NCBI GenBank assembly: GCA_964594235.1
Contig: CAZQMF010000002.1
Coordinates: 5,697-69,696 of the forward strand
Direction: 5' to 3'
Source: an uncultured Acidimicrobiia bacterium
GTDB taxonomy: Bacteria; Actinomycetota; Acidimicrobiia; Spongiisociales; UBA4744
Length of the DNA: 64,000 nt
The first letter of the stretch is position 1. Each line of letters opens with the position of its first letter. The translations under genes and the position numbers were made by a program. The notes under the pieces were generated by a model. The model was not told the DNA's origin, did no database searches, and was given only the letters and a program-made list of their open reading frames with translations. Below are positions 45,702-54,732 of this stretch, piece by piece.

Positions 45702-46004
45702 GTGAAGTGGATCGTCGCGCTGCTGGCTGTCGCACTGCTGTCGGCATGCACCGTGCCCCGCCTCCCGTCGGACGCCAGTGGTTCGGAGGTCTTCGGCACG
45801 ATCTGTGCACGGTGCCACGGCAAGGATCTCGCGGGCGGCATCGGTCCAGCGCTTGGGTCGGGGTCGGAGGCTGCCCAAATGACCGACGAGTTCTACCGCT
45901 TCACCATCATTCATGGGCTCGGCCGTATGCCGTCATTCAGATCGACTCTGAGTGACGAACAGATCGACCGGGTGATCCGGTACATACGGCAACAGCAGGG
46001 TTGA
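45702..46004 (+). CDS. Class I c-type cytochrome, lipoprotein-anchored
   Basis: The GTG start gives VKWIVALLAVALLSAC (lipobox). It has the heme-binding CARCHG motif and a distal Met (GLGRMP). Confidence 0.65.
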   Translation: MKWIVALLAVALLSACTVPRLPSDASGSEVFGTICARCHGKDLAGGIGPALGSGSEAAQMTDEFYRFTIIHGLGRMPSFRSTLSDEQIDRVIRYIRQQQG

Positions 46005-46016
46005 GAGGAGGACACC

Positions 46017-46787
46017 ATGCGAATCCAGGGAGCGATCGCCCTCGTTACCGGTGGGGCCGGTGGGTTGGGTGAAGGCGCAGCGAGGAAGCTGATCGAGCAC
46101 GGCGCGAAGGTTGCGCTGCTCGACCTCGACCGATCCAACGGTTCCGAGGTCGCAGCGGGATTGGGTGCGGGGACCGTGTTCGTCCCTGTTGACGTCACCG
46201 ACACCGAGTCTGTAGCGCACGCTGTCGACGAAGTAGTCGAGACGTTTGGGCGACTCGATGTGTGTGTGAACGCCGCCGGCATCCTGGCCGCGCATCGGGT
46301 CGTCGGACGGGACGGCAGGCTCTTTCCGATCGACGCGTTCAAGGCCGTGATCGATGTCAACCTCGTCGGCCTGTTCGACATGAGCCGGCGCGCGGCACAG
46401 GCGATGAGTACAAACGAACCCAACGACGACGGCGAACGTGGGGTCATCGTCAACGTGGCGTCGATCGCTGCGTTCGAGGGACAAATCGGCCAGGCCGCCT
46501 ACTCGGCATCGAAAGGAGGCATCGTTTCGCTGACGCTGCCACTGGCGAGAGACCTCGGATCGTTGGGGATCCGCGTGATGGCGATCGCCCCGGGCATCAT
46601 GGATACGCCGATGCTCGGCGCGGTGAGTGACGAGGTGAGGGAATCGCTGGCGAAGGTGCATGTGTTCCCGAAGCGACTCGGCACCCCCGATGATCTCGGC
46701 TCGCTCGTCGTGGCCATCGTCGAGAACCCGCTCCTGAACGGAGAGGTGATTCGTCTCGACGCGGCCGCGAGGCTCGGACCTCGCTGA
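46017..46787 (+). CDS. SDR-family oxidoreductase (3-hydroxyacyl-CoA dehydrogenase type-2-like)
   Basis: It has ALVTGGAGGLG...NAAGI...the YSASK catalytic motif and PGIMDTPM. The RBS GAGGAGG lies upstream. Confidence 0.8.
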   Translation: MRIQGAIALVTGGAGGLGEGAARKLIEHGAKVALLDLDRSNGSEVAAGLGAGTVFVPVDVTDTESVAHAVDEVVETFGRLDVCVNAAGILAAHRVVGRDGRLFPIDAFKAVIDVNLVGLFDMSRRAAQAMSTNEPNDDGERGVIVNVASIAAFEGQIGQAAYSASKGGIVSLTLPLARDLGSLGIRVMAIAPGIMDTPMLGAVSDEVRESLAKVHVFPKRLGTPDDLGSLVVAIVENPLLNGEVIRLDAAARLGPR

Positions 46788-47917
46788 TGGGACCCCTGGC
46801 CGGGTTCACCATCATCGAGATCGGATCGATCGGCCCTGGGCCGTTCTGCGGCATGATCCTGTCGGATCTCGGAGCCCGTGTCGTCAGGGTCGCCCGTCCC
46901 GGACCGTCTCTCTACCGCGACCTCCTGCATAGAGGAAGAGACGCGATCGCCATCGACCTCAAGCACCCAGGCGCGCCAGAGGTCGTGCTCCGAATGGTCG
47001 AGCACGCCGATGCCTTCTTCGAAGGCTTCCGTCCCGGCGTAGCCGAGCGCTTGGGCATCGGTCCCGAGGATGCGCTCGCCCGCAACCCGAAACTGGTATA
47101 TGGGCGGATGACGGGGTTCGGGCAGGAGGGACCACTCGCAGCGTCGGCGGGGCACGACATCGACTACATCGCCGTGTCAGGCGTGCTCGACCTGATCGGG
47201 ATGTCGGGCGGGCCACCCGTGGTGCCCCTCAACCTGGTCGGTGATCTCGGTGGGGGAGCGATGCTGCTCGCTGTGGGATTGCTCGCCGGGCTGCTCGAGG
47301 CAGGGCGCTCAGGGCAGGGGCAGGTGATCGATGCTGCGATGGTCGATGGTTCGGCGACTCTCGGCATGTTCCCTCGCGCGCTGCATGCCATAGGGCAGTG
47401 GGAAGGTGGGCGTGGGGAGAATCTCATCGATGGAGGCGCTCCCTTCTACCGCACATACGAGACGAGCGACGGTCGGTACGTCGCGGTGGGGGCGCTCGAA
47501 CCGCTCTTCTACTCGGAACTCGTGGACGGGCTCGGTCTTGATGCACGTGACCTGCCGGAGCAGTATGACCAGACCCACTGGCCGAGGCTTCGTGCCATGT
47601 TCGAGGCGGTGTTCGCGACGAAGCCTCGAGACGAGTGGGTGGAGATTTTCGCCGGGACCGATGCCTGCGTTGCGCCCGTCCTGACACCGGCCGAGGCGCC
47701 GCAGCACACGCACAACGTCGCCAGGGGCACGTTTGTCGACGTGGGGGGCGTGATGCAAGCGGCGCCCGCTCCACGGTTCGGTCGAACGCCGGCCGGCCCA
47801 CCGGGTGCGATCCCATCGTCAGGTCGTGACAGTGTTCGTGTTCTCGAGTCGTTCGGCTTCGAGCAAGCGGAGATCGAACCGCTGGTGGAGCTGGGCGTTG
47901 TCGTGCAGGATCCCTGA
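46787..47917 (+). CDS. CoA-transferase family III protein (CaiB/BaiF; alpha-methylacyl-CoA racemase-like)
   Basis: It has LAGFTIIEIGSIGPGPFCGMILSDLGA...IDYIAVSGVL (catalytic Asp region). Confidence 0.8.
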   Translation: MGPLAGFTIIEIGSIGPGPFCGMILSDLGARVVRVARPGPSLYRDLLHRGRDAIAIDLKHPGAPEVVLRMVEHADAFFEGFRPGVAERLGIGPEDALARNPKLVYGRMTGFGQEGPLAASAGHDIDYIAVSGVLDLIGMSGGPPVVPLNLVGDLGGGAMLLAVGLLAGLLEAGRSGQGQVIDAAMVDGSATLGMFPRALHAIGQWEGGRGENLIDGGAPFYRTYETSDGRYVAVGALEPLFYSELVDGLGLDARDLPEQYDQTHWPRLRAMFEAVFATKPRDEWVEIFAGTDACVAPVLTPAEAPQHTHNVARGTFVDVGGVMQAAPAPRFGRTPAGPPGAIPSSGRDSVRVLESFGFEQAEIEPLVELGVVVQDP

Positions 47918-47966
47918 GCAAGAACTGACCGTCGCAACTATCGTCTCAGGGTAGGAGGGAGGGTGA

Positions 47967-49736
47967 ATGCGAGCGTACACGAGCCCTGGCGAGGTGCGGA
48001 TCGCACCGGATGACAACGGACTCCGAGCGTTGCTGGAACGGGCCGAGACTCATCCGGACGTCGCAGCGCTCGCGTACAGGGACGGCGACAGGTTTGTGGA
48101 CATCTCGACCGCCGACGCGGTCCGGCGGATTACCTCCATCGCCGCCGCGCTCATCGACGCGGGTGTCCAACCGGGCGACCGGGTCGCGGTGTTCTCCTCG
48201 ACGCGAGTCGAGTACACGCTGATCCAGTTCGCCGTGTGGGCCTCCGGAGCCGCACTGGTCACCATCTACGAGACGTCATCACCTGAGCAGGTCGAGTGGA
48301 TCATGCGCGACAGCGGCTCCGTCGTCCTGTTCTGCGAGAACGACACGCTCCGATCCGTGTACGAAGAGGTCGCTTCGGTACTGCCCGTCTGTCGGAGCGT
48401 GTTCATCATTGAAGGAGGGGAGCTCGGGAAGGGGCCCATCGACGAGGCACGGCGTGCCGAGGTAGCGCGACGCTCAAAGGCAATCACCCACGACGACCTG
48501 GCCATGCTCATCTACACATCGGGCACGACCGGAAACCCGAAGGGGTGCGAGCTGACCCACGGCAACTTCGCCTTCACATCACGAAACGTCATTGCAGCTC
48601 TCCCTGACCTGTTCAAACCGGGAAACTCGACACTCGTGTTCCTTCCGCTCGCCCACTCGTTCGCGCAGACGGTCCAGATTGGGTGTGCCGCTGCCGGTGT
48701 CAGGATGGGGTACGCGACCGGCATGCAGAACCTCGTCGAGGAGTTCTCGATGTTCCACCCGCGGTGGGTGTTCTCCGTACCGAGGGTGTTCGAGAAGGTG
48801 TACAACGGCGCCAAGCTCAAGGCCGACGGGGAGGGCAAGGGCCGCATCTTCGACATGGCGGCGAACGTGGCCATCGGGTACTCATCGCAGACGTCGCCGA
48901 ACTTGCGCACACGTGTGCTGCACGCGGTGTTCGACAAGCTCGTGTACGGGAAGCTGCGAGAGGTGTTCGGTGGGGAACTCGCCTACGCGATCTCCGGTGC
49001 TGCGGCGCTCGGCGAGCGACTCGGACACTTCTTCAGAGGTATCGGTCTGGTCGTGCTCGAAGGCTACGGTCTCACCGAAACGACGGCCGCGACCTTCTTC
49101 AACAGGCCGACCAATGTGAAGATCGGGACGGTTGGCCAGCCGACGCCCGGCATGTCGGTCGCGATCGGTGGCGACGGCGAGGTCCTGCTGCGTGGAGGCT
49201 GTGTCTTCAGGGGATACTGGAACAGTCCCGTAGCAACCGAAGAGGCGTTCGACGGGGATGGCTGGTTCCACAGCGGCGACGTCGGAGAGCTCGACGATGA
49301 GGGGTTCCTGCGCATCACGGGTCGCAAGAAGGAGATTCTGGTCACCGCCGGAGGCAAGAATGTCGCGCCGGCCGTGCTCGAAGACCGGCTGAGAGCACAT
49401 CCGCTGGTCAGCCAGTGCATGGTCATTGGCGACGCCAAGCCGTTCATTTCCGTGCTTGTCACCCTCGACTCGGAGACCCTGCACGAATGGGCACGACGCA
49501 ACGGCAAGAGCGACGAGACCGATCTCGCCACCGACCCCGATCTCATCGCGCAGATCGAATCCGCCGTCGCCGATGCCAACAAGGCGGTATCCAAAGCAGA
49601 GTCGATCCGCCAGTACCGGATTCTTCCGGGCGACTTCACCATCGAAGGAGGGGAGTTGACCCCGACCCTCAAGGTCAAACGGTCGTTCGTGGGGAACAAA
49701 TACCGTGCCGTAATCGACAGCATCTACGGTGGGTGA
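47967..49736 (+). CDS. Long-chain fatty-acid--CoA ligase (AMP-binding enzyme)
   Basis: The RBS GGGAGGG is 5 nt upstream. It has the AMP-binding motif IYTSGTTGNPKG, then YGLTET and GWFHSGD. Confidence 0.85.
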   Translation: MRAYTSPGEVRIAPDDNGLRALLERAETHPDVAALAYRDGDRFVDISTADAVRRITSIAAALIDAGVQPGDRVAVFSSTRVEYTLIQFAVWASGAALVTIYETSSPEQVEWIMRDSGSVVLFCENDTLRSVYEEVASVLPVCRSVFIIEGGELGKGPIDEARRAEVARRSKAITHDDLAMLIYTSGTTGNPKGCELTHGNFAFTSRNVIAALPDLFKPGNSTLVFLPLAHSFAQTVQIGCAAAGVRMGYATGMQNLVEEFSMFHPRWVFSVPRVFEKVYNGAKLKADGEGKGRIFDMAANVAIGYSSQTSPNLRTRVLHAVFDKLVYGKLREVFGGELAYAISGAAALGERLGHFFRGIGLVVLEGYGLTETTAATFFNRPTNVKIGTVGQPTPGMSVAIGGDGEVLLRGGCVFRGYWNSPVATEEAFDGDGWFHSGDVGELDDEGFLRITGRKKEILVTAGGKNVAPAVLEDRLRAHPLVSQCMVIGDAKPFISVLVTLDSETLHEWARRNGKSDETDLATDPDLIAQIESAVADANKAVSKAESIRQYRILPGDFTIEGGELTPTLKVKRSFVGNKYRAVIDSIYGG

Positions 49737-49780
49737 GTGGTGGACTCTTCTCTCCTCGTTGTTGCGTGAGTCAGTTGGCC

Positions 49781-51403
49781 ATGTCGCGGGTAGCTCACGC
49801 AAGAACGGCAACGGCGGACTCGTGGGACAGCCCAGAAGGGCGACGGTACGCCGAGCAGCTCGGACTCAGCGAGTCAGGAAGGGTGGCACTCTCAGCCGGA
49901 GTCATCTATCAGATCTATCCCCGTTCGTTCCAGGATTCGAACGGCGACGGGATCGGTGACCTCGAGGGGATCAGGCACCGGCTCGACTACCTGACGGACC
50001 TCGGCGTCGACGCGGTCTGGTTGTCCCCGTTCTACCCATCTCCGATGGCCGACTTCGGGTACGACATCTCGGACTACTGCGAGATCGACCCCATGTTCGG
50101 GACGCTCGACGACTTCGACCGGCTCCTCTCGGACCTGCATGATCGCGACATGAAGCTGATCGTCGACTGGGTACCCAACCACACGTCCGATGAGCACCCA
50201 TGGTTCGTCGAGTCTCGATCGTCGCGAAACAGCCCGAAACGGGATTGGTATGTATGGGCGGACCCGAAGCCAGACCGCTCGCCGCCGAACAACTGGGAAA
50301 GCCAGTTCGGAGGTGGCGCCTGGCAGTGGGACGACCACACGGGCCAGTACTACCTCCACTCGTTCCTGGCTGTCCAGCCAGATCTCAACTGGCGCAACCC
50401 GGAGGTCGAGGCGGCGATGCTCGATACCCTCCGCTTCTGGCTGAACCGAGGCGTTGACGGGTTCCGCATGGACGTCGTCGCGTTCATCATGAAGGATCCG
50501 GACCTGCGTGATGACCCCGAGCCTCCAACCGATGAGCCTCCACGCAGCAGGGAACATCCGGACGTACACGCGATGTTCCGCACCATCCGGGCGGTTCTCG
50601 ATGAGTATGACCCGCCTCGCTTCTCCATCGGCGAGATCTACGAGCCGAACTGGCAACGATGGGCTTCGTACTACGGGGCCAACCTCGACGAACTCACGAT
50701 GCCATTCAACTTCTCACTCCTCCACGCCCCATGGAACGCTCGCGTTTTCAGGAGTCTCATCGATGCGTGCGAAGCCGCCGTTCCGGCCGGTGCCTGGCCC
50801 AACTACGTCCTCGGCAACCACGACAAAGTCAGGCTCGCCACCAGATACGGTCCAACCTCGGTTCGAGCGGCCGGCATGCTGCTGCTGGCGCTTCGAGGTA
50901 CACCAACCCTCTACTACGGGGACGAACTCGGCATCGAGCAAGTCGACATCCCGCCTGAGCTCCAGCAGGACCCATGGGGGAGGCAGATGCCCGGCATGGG
51001 CCGGGACGGGTGCCGGACCCCGATGCAGTGGGACACGAGCCCGCACTCCGGATTCAGCACTGCCATGCCGTGGCTTCCCGTCGCCGGCGGCTGGCAGACA
51101 CGCAACGTCGCTACCCAAAGCGGCACTTCGACACTTGCCTTCTACCGGGGCATGCTCGCGCTGCGGAGCGCCACGCCGGTTCTCGCGACGGGGGAGTATC
51201 GGTCGTTCGACGCGCCTGACGACTGCCTCGCGTTCGAACGACACGACGGCACCGATCGGGTCGCCGTCGTGATCAACTTCAGCACCGAGAATCGGCATGT
51301 CGATCTCGCGGGAACCGTTCTGCTGTCCACCGTCCTCGACCGAGAAGGACGCGTCGAACACCTCGATCTCCGCCCGAGCGAGGGGATCGTTGTTCGGCTT
51401 TGA
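49781..51403 (+). CDS. GH13 alpha-glucosidase / oligo-1,6-glucosidase / trehalose-synthase-like alpha-amylase-family enzyme
   Basis: The ATG at 49781 is in frame within the longer track ORF. It has YQIYPRSFQDSNGDGIGDL, DWVPNHTS, GFRMDV (catalytic Asp), GEIY and NHD. Confidence 0.8.
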   Translation: MSRVAHARTATADSWDSPEGRRYAEQLGLSESGRVALSAGVIYQIYPRSFQDSNGDGIGDLEGIRHRLDYLTDLGVDAVWLSPFYPSPMADFGYDISDYCEIDPMFGTLDDFDRLLSDLHDRDMKLIVDWVPNHTSDEHPWFVESRSSRNSPKRDWYVWADPKPDRSPPNNWESQFGGGAWQWDDHTGQYYLHSFLAVQPDLNWRNPEVEAAMLDTLRFWLNRGVDGFRMDVVAFIMKDPDLRDDPEPPTDEPPRSREHPDVHAMFRTIRAVLDEYDPPRFSIGEIYEPNWQRWASYYGANLDELTMPFNFSLLHAPWNARVFRSLIDACEAAVPAGAWPNYVLGNHDKVRLATRYGPTSVRAAGMLLLALRGTPTLYYGDELGIEQVDIPPELQQDPWGRQMPGMGRDGCRTPMQWDTSPHSGFSTAMPWLPVAGGWQTRNVATQSGTSTLAFYRGMLALRSATPVLATGEYRSFDAPDDCLAFERHDGTDRVAVVINFSTENRHVDLAGTVLLSTVLDREGRVEHLDLRPSEGIVVRL

Positions 51404-51451
51404 CGCGCTCGGCCAATGTCACGTAGCGTTGGTCGCGAACAGGAGGAGACA

Positions 51452-52366
51452 ATGCCGGACGCAACGTTCGACGGAAGAGTCGCAATCGTCACCGGGGCAG
51501 GGGGAGGACTCGGAAGATCCTATGTGCTGGAGCTCGCGCGGCGGGGCGCCAAAGTCGTGGTCAACGACCTCGGCGGGGCCGTCGACGGTGTTGGTGGCGC
51601 GAAGAGCCCCGCAGACGGTGTCGTTGAGGAGATTCGGGCCGCTGGAGGAGAGGCAGTTGCCAACTACGACTCGGTCAGCACCCCGGAAGGCGGGGAGCGG
51701 ATCGTGCAGACCGCTCTCGATCACTTCGGGACGGTCGACGCCCTCATCAACAACGCGGGGATTCTACGAGACAAGAGCTTCGCCAAACTCGAATGGCCGA
51801 ACCTCGACGCCGTTCTCGACGTCCACCTGAAGGGGGCGTTCTACGTGACCCAGCCGGCTTTCAAGGTCATGAAGGAGAAAGGGTACGGGAGGCTCGTCTT
51901 CGCATCCTCCAACGCCGGCATTCTCGGCAACTTCGGGCAGTCGAACTACGGCTCGGCCAAGATGGGACTCGTCGGGCTCTCGAACATCGTGGCCATCGAA
52001 GGCGCCAAGTACGGCATCCAGTCGAACGTCATCGCTCCGCTCGCCAGGACCCGCATGACCGAAGAGTTGCTTGGCGAAATGGCCGATAACATGGATCCGG
52101 AACAGGTCGCTGCCATGGTCGTCTACCTGGCGTCAGAAGCATGCCCGTTCACACACGAGATCTTCTCCGCCGGCGGAGGGCGCTACGCACGGTTCTTCGT
52201 CGGTGCCACCCACGGCTGGTTCGCCGGAGTCGGCGTGACACCCACCGTCGAAGAGGTCGCGGCGCACCTCGATGAGATTCGCGATACCGACCACTTCGAG
52301 ATCTTCGGAAACCTCTCCGAGGAGATCGGCCTGCTCGTCAAGGACATGCAGAACGATGCCGGTTGA
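51452..52366 (+). CDS. SDR oxidoreductase resembling the dehydrogenase domain of peroxisomal-type multifunctional enzyme 2 (3-hydroxyacyl-CoA dehydrogenase)
   Basis: It has VAIVTGAGGGLGRSYV...NNAGILRD...SSNAGILGNFGQSNYGSAKMG (catalytic YxxxK). Confidence 0.75.
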   Translation: MPDATFDGRVAIVTGAGGGLGRSYVLELARRGAKVVVNDLGGAVDGVGGAKSPADGVVEEIRAAGGEAVANYDSVSTPEGGERIVQTALDHFGTVDALINNAGILRDKSFAKLEWPNLDAVLDVHLKGAFYVTQPAFKVMKEKGYGRLVFASSNAGILGNFGQSNYGSAKMGLVGLSNIVAIEGAKYGIQSNVIAPLARTRMTEELLGEMADNMDPEQVAAMVVYLASEACPFTHEIFSAGGGRYARFFVGATHGWFAGVGVTPTVEEVAAHLDEIRDTDHFEIFGNLSEEIGLLVKDMQNDAG

Positions 52367-53195
52367 TCCGAGACGGGCACTCGGTGCTGCCCTCCCGGTA
52401 ACGACGGTGGCCTGGGACGAGGATCGGGTGATCCTGTACCAGCTGGGCATTGGTGCAGGTACACCGGCGACCGATCCAGATGAGCTCTCCTACGTGTACG
52501 AGGCGAATCTGAAGGTGCTTCCGTCGTTCGCGACCGTTCCGGCCATGTCGACGATGCTGGCTATCGGGCAGGTGGACGGCATCTCGTTCAACCCAGTATT
52601 GCTCGTGCACGGAGACCAGGAGGTTGTCGTTCACCGTCCTCTTCCTGTGGCCGCGACCGTCACCCAGACGGGCCGGATCGCCGAGATCTGGGACAAGGGG
52701 AGTGGAGCACTCGTTGTCGCCGAGGTCGACGGCGTCGACGCGGGCGGTACCCACCTGTACACGACCCGCGGCGGCCTGTTCCTACGCGGTGAGGGGAATT
52801 TCGGAGGGGAGCGAGGACCGAGGGCGGGTGACGTCGCCCCCGATCGGGAACCCGACATCGTCGTCGAATCCCCGACACTGGACCAGCAAGCTCTTCTGTA
52901 CCGGCTCAGCGGCGACAGAAACCCGCTCCATGCCGATCCCGAGTTTGCCGCGATGGCCGGGTTCGAACGCCCGATTCTGCACGGTCTGTGCACCTACGGG
53001 ATCGTCTGCAAGGCCGCGGTCGACGCGGCATTCGACGCGGACGTGTCACAGGTCTCGAGATTCAGCGGCCGGTTCTCGAAGCCGGTGCTTCCGGGTCAGA
53101 CCATCAGCACGGCCATGTGGCGACTCGAAGATCGGGTGGTTCTGCGCGCGACGGTGAACGGTGCAACGGTGCTCACCAACGCGTCGATCGGCTAG
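52356..53195 (+). CDS. MaoC-like (R)-specific enoyl-CoA hydratase (hydratase-2, double hot-dog)
   Basis: The ATG overlaps the SDR end by 11 nt. It has LSGDRNPLHADPEFAAMAGFERPILHG (hydratase-2 motif) in the C-terminal hot-dog. Confidence 0.75.
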   Translation: MPVDPRRALGAALPVTTVAWDEDRVILYQLGIGAGTPATDPDELSYVYEANLKVLPSFATVPAMSTMLAIGQVDGISFNPVLLVHGDQEVVVHRPLPVAATVTQTGRIAEIWDKGSGALVVAEVDGVDAGGTHLYTTRGGLFLRGEGNFGGERGPRAGDVAPDREPDIVVESPTLDQQALLYRLSGDRNPLHADPEFAAMAGFERPILHGLCTYGIVCKAAVDAAFDADVSQVSRFSGRFSKPVLPGQTISTAMWRLEDRVVLRATVNGATVLTNASIG

Positions 53196-53371
53196 CGACG
53201 ACCCAGGGGTGCCCACGCCGACAGAACGATGCCCAGCACCACCCCCGCGATCGGGAGACCGATCAAGGTGAAGGTAGTGAGAGGAGCGATCGCGAGCTGC
53301 TGCAGCAGCAGGGCGACGAAGAACCCGAACAGCAGTCCCGAGATGATTCCGAGCACAGGCCTGCCTTTCAC
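53192..53371 (-). CDS. Unlisted small membrane protein (59 aa, two TM helices)
   Basis: The minus strand reads GGAGGacccc-GTG AAA GGC AGG CCT GTG CTC GGA ATC ATC... which gives VKGRPVLGIISGLLFGFFVALLLQQLAIAPLTTFTLIGLPIAGVVLGIVLSAWAPLGRR*. The GTG overlaps the stop of the upstream secreted-protein gene (GTGA). Its TAG shares nucleotides with the convergent MaoC-gene TAG. Confidence 0.4.
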   Translation of the reverse strand: MKGRPVLGIISGLLFGFFVALLLQQLAIAPLTTFTLIGLPIAGVVLGIVLSAWAPLGRR

Positions 53372-53931
53372 GGGGTCCTCCTTCTGAAGGCCGATCCGAG
53401 CAGGGTCAGACCGGTCACGATCGTTCCGGCCACGGTGGCGATGCCGATCGGACTCGAGAGAGGACTTCCTTCGATCTTCACCATCACATGTGCCGTGCAG
53501 GTCCCGCCGTCCGCTTCATGGGTCCCCGAGAGTTCGTAGAGCCCACGAGGGATCAGCGATTCGGCTACGGGGAAGTCCGCCTTGAAGTCGTCGACGTTGT
53601 AGTTGCCGTTGGCGGATCTGGTGTCCTCCTGGTTGGCGCCGGCCCAGCTGGCGATCTCGATGTCCCAGGGTCCCACCACGATGCCGAGACTCCCGTGGTG
53701 ATTCGTGTTGGCAAACGGCACAGCCCCTTCCCACGCGGCGACAACACCGCTCTTGTCGATCGGAACCACGATCGGGTTGGCGGCCGTATCGTTGGCGGGG
53801 CCATACGTGGTACCGTCGATCACGACGGACCCTGTACAGCCGCCTGTGACCGAGGCGAATGCGAGTGCCGGAATCCACATCAGCGCAAGGAACGCAGACG
53901 CGAACAGCAGCGGTTTCCAGTGGCGCAGCAA
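53368..53931 (-). CDS. Secreted hypothetical protein with a C-terminal TM anchor
   Basis: It has a signal peptide (LLFASAFLALMWIPALAFASV), a Gly/Thr-rich beta-type domain with two Cys, and a C-terminal hydrophobic helix + RRRTP. Confidence 0.5.
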   Translation of the reverse strand: MLRHWKPLLFASAFLALMWIPALAFASVTGGCTGSVVIDGTTYGPANDTAANPIVVPIDKSGVVAAWEGAVPFANTNHHGSLGIVVGPWDIEIASWAGANQEDTRSANGNYNVDDFKADFPVAESLIPRGLYELSGTHEADGGTCTAHVMVKIEGSPLSSPIGIATVAGTIVTGLTLLGSAFRRRTP

Positions 53932-53996
53932 ACAAACCCTCCTCTCCGTAAGGTCAACCTATCACCCCGACCCCGCTTCACAATAGGATTCCCGAC

Positions 53997-54602
53997 TCAT
54001 CGCTCTGGCAGCACCGCCATCAGATTGCCCTCGTCGAGTGAGATGAACGCGGACTCGTGAACGAAAGCGTTCGAGACACCTCGGGTGCCGCCTGGAAGGA
54101 GATCCTCGCCGTCGAGCCGCCAACGAAGACCTGTGGTGCGAACGCCGCGTGCCGGACCACCGAACGCCAGGAGGCTGATGGTCTCGCCCGGGACGCCCGC
54201 GAGGCGCAACGAGCCATTCACCCTGAGCAGGATTCCCGATCCGGTACGCCATTCGACGTCAAGCCCGTCCAAGGAGGCAAGAAGAGATGCGTTGGCGAGA
54301 AAGTGATCCATCCGACCACCCGCACCACCGATGACGTACAGCGATGTCGCACCCATCGACCGAGCGCGACCGATTGCGAGTTCCAGGTCGGTCTCGTCCT
54401 TGTCGACAGGGAAGCGGAGCGTCTCTGGTACACGGTCCACGGCATCTCCGGACACGGAGTCGAGATCGCCGATCAACAGGTCCACTGCAACGCCCGCACG
54501 CTCTGCAACGTCGAAGCCGGAATCGGCGGCGATGACGAACGCGTCGTCGGGCAGCTCACCGATGTCCAGCGGGTCGGCTCCGCCGGCAAAGATGACGATT
54601 CG
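53997..54602 (-). CDS. Thiamine pyrophosphokinase
   Basis: Start MRIVIFAGG. It has IAADSG...LLIGDLDSV...FPVDKDETDLELAI...YVIGGAGGRMDH, which are TPK catalytic-domain motifs. Confidence 0.7.
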   Translation of the reverse strand, partial: RIVIFAGGADPLDIGELPDDAFVIAADSGFDVAERAGVAVDLLIGDLDSVSGDAVDRVPETLRFPVDKDETDLELAIGRARSMGATSLYVIGGAGGRMDHFLANASLLASLDGLDVEWRTGSGILLRVNGSLRLAGVPGETISLLAFGGPARGVRTTGLRWRLDGEDLLPGGTRGVSNAFVHESAFISLDEGNLMAVLPER

Positions 54603-54666
54603 CATGGCTACAGCGTAGGGGATCGACCTCATCCTCGACTCGCGGTTGAGACGAACTACAAAATCG

Positions 54667-54691
54667 TCTTACGCGCATTGTGCGCGTAAGA
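54667..54691 (-). terminator. Perfect 11-bp-arm palindrome TCTTACGCGCA-TTG-TGCGCGTAAGA followed (minus strand) by CGATTTTGTAGTT; probable terminator of the S9 peptidase gene
   Basis: Exact inverted repeat. A T-tract follows in the transcription direction of the upstream minus-strand gene. Confidence 0.5.
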
Positions 54692-54732
54692 AGCTCTCTA
54701 CCAGGCACTACTGGCGACTGTCGCGAGTCTCC

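Noticed and set aside
49415-51403. 662-aa ORF as given
   Set aside because: The 5' 122 codons overlap the FadD 3' end in another frame. The GH13 enzyme starts at ATG 49781.
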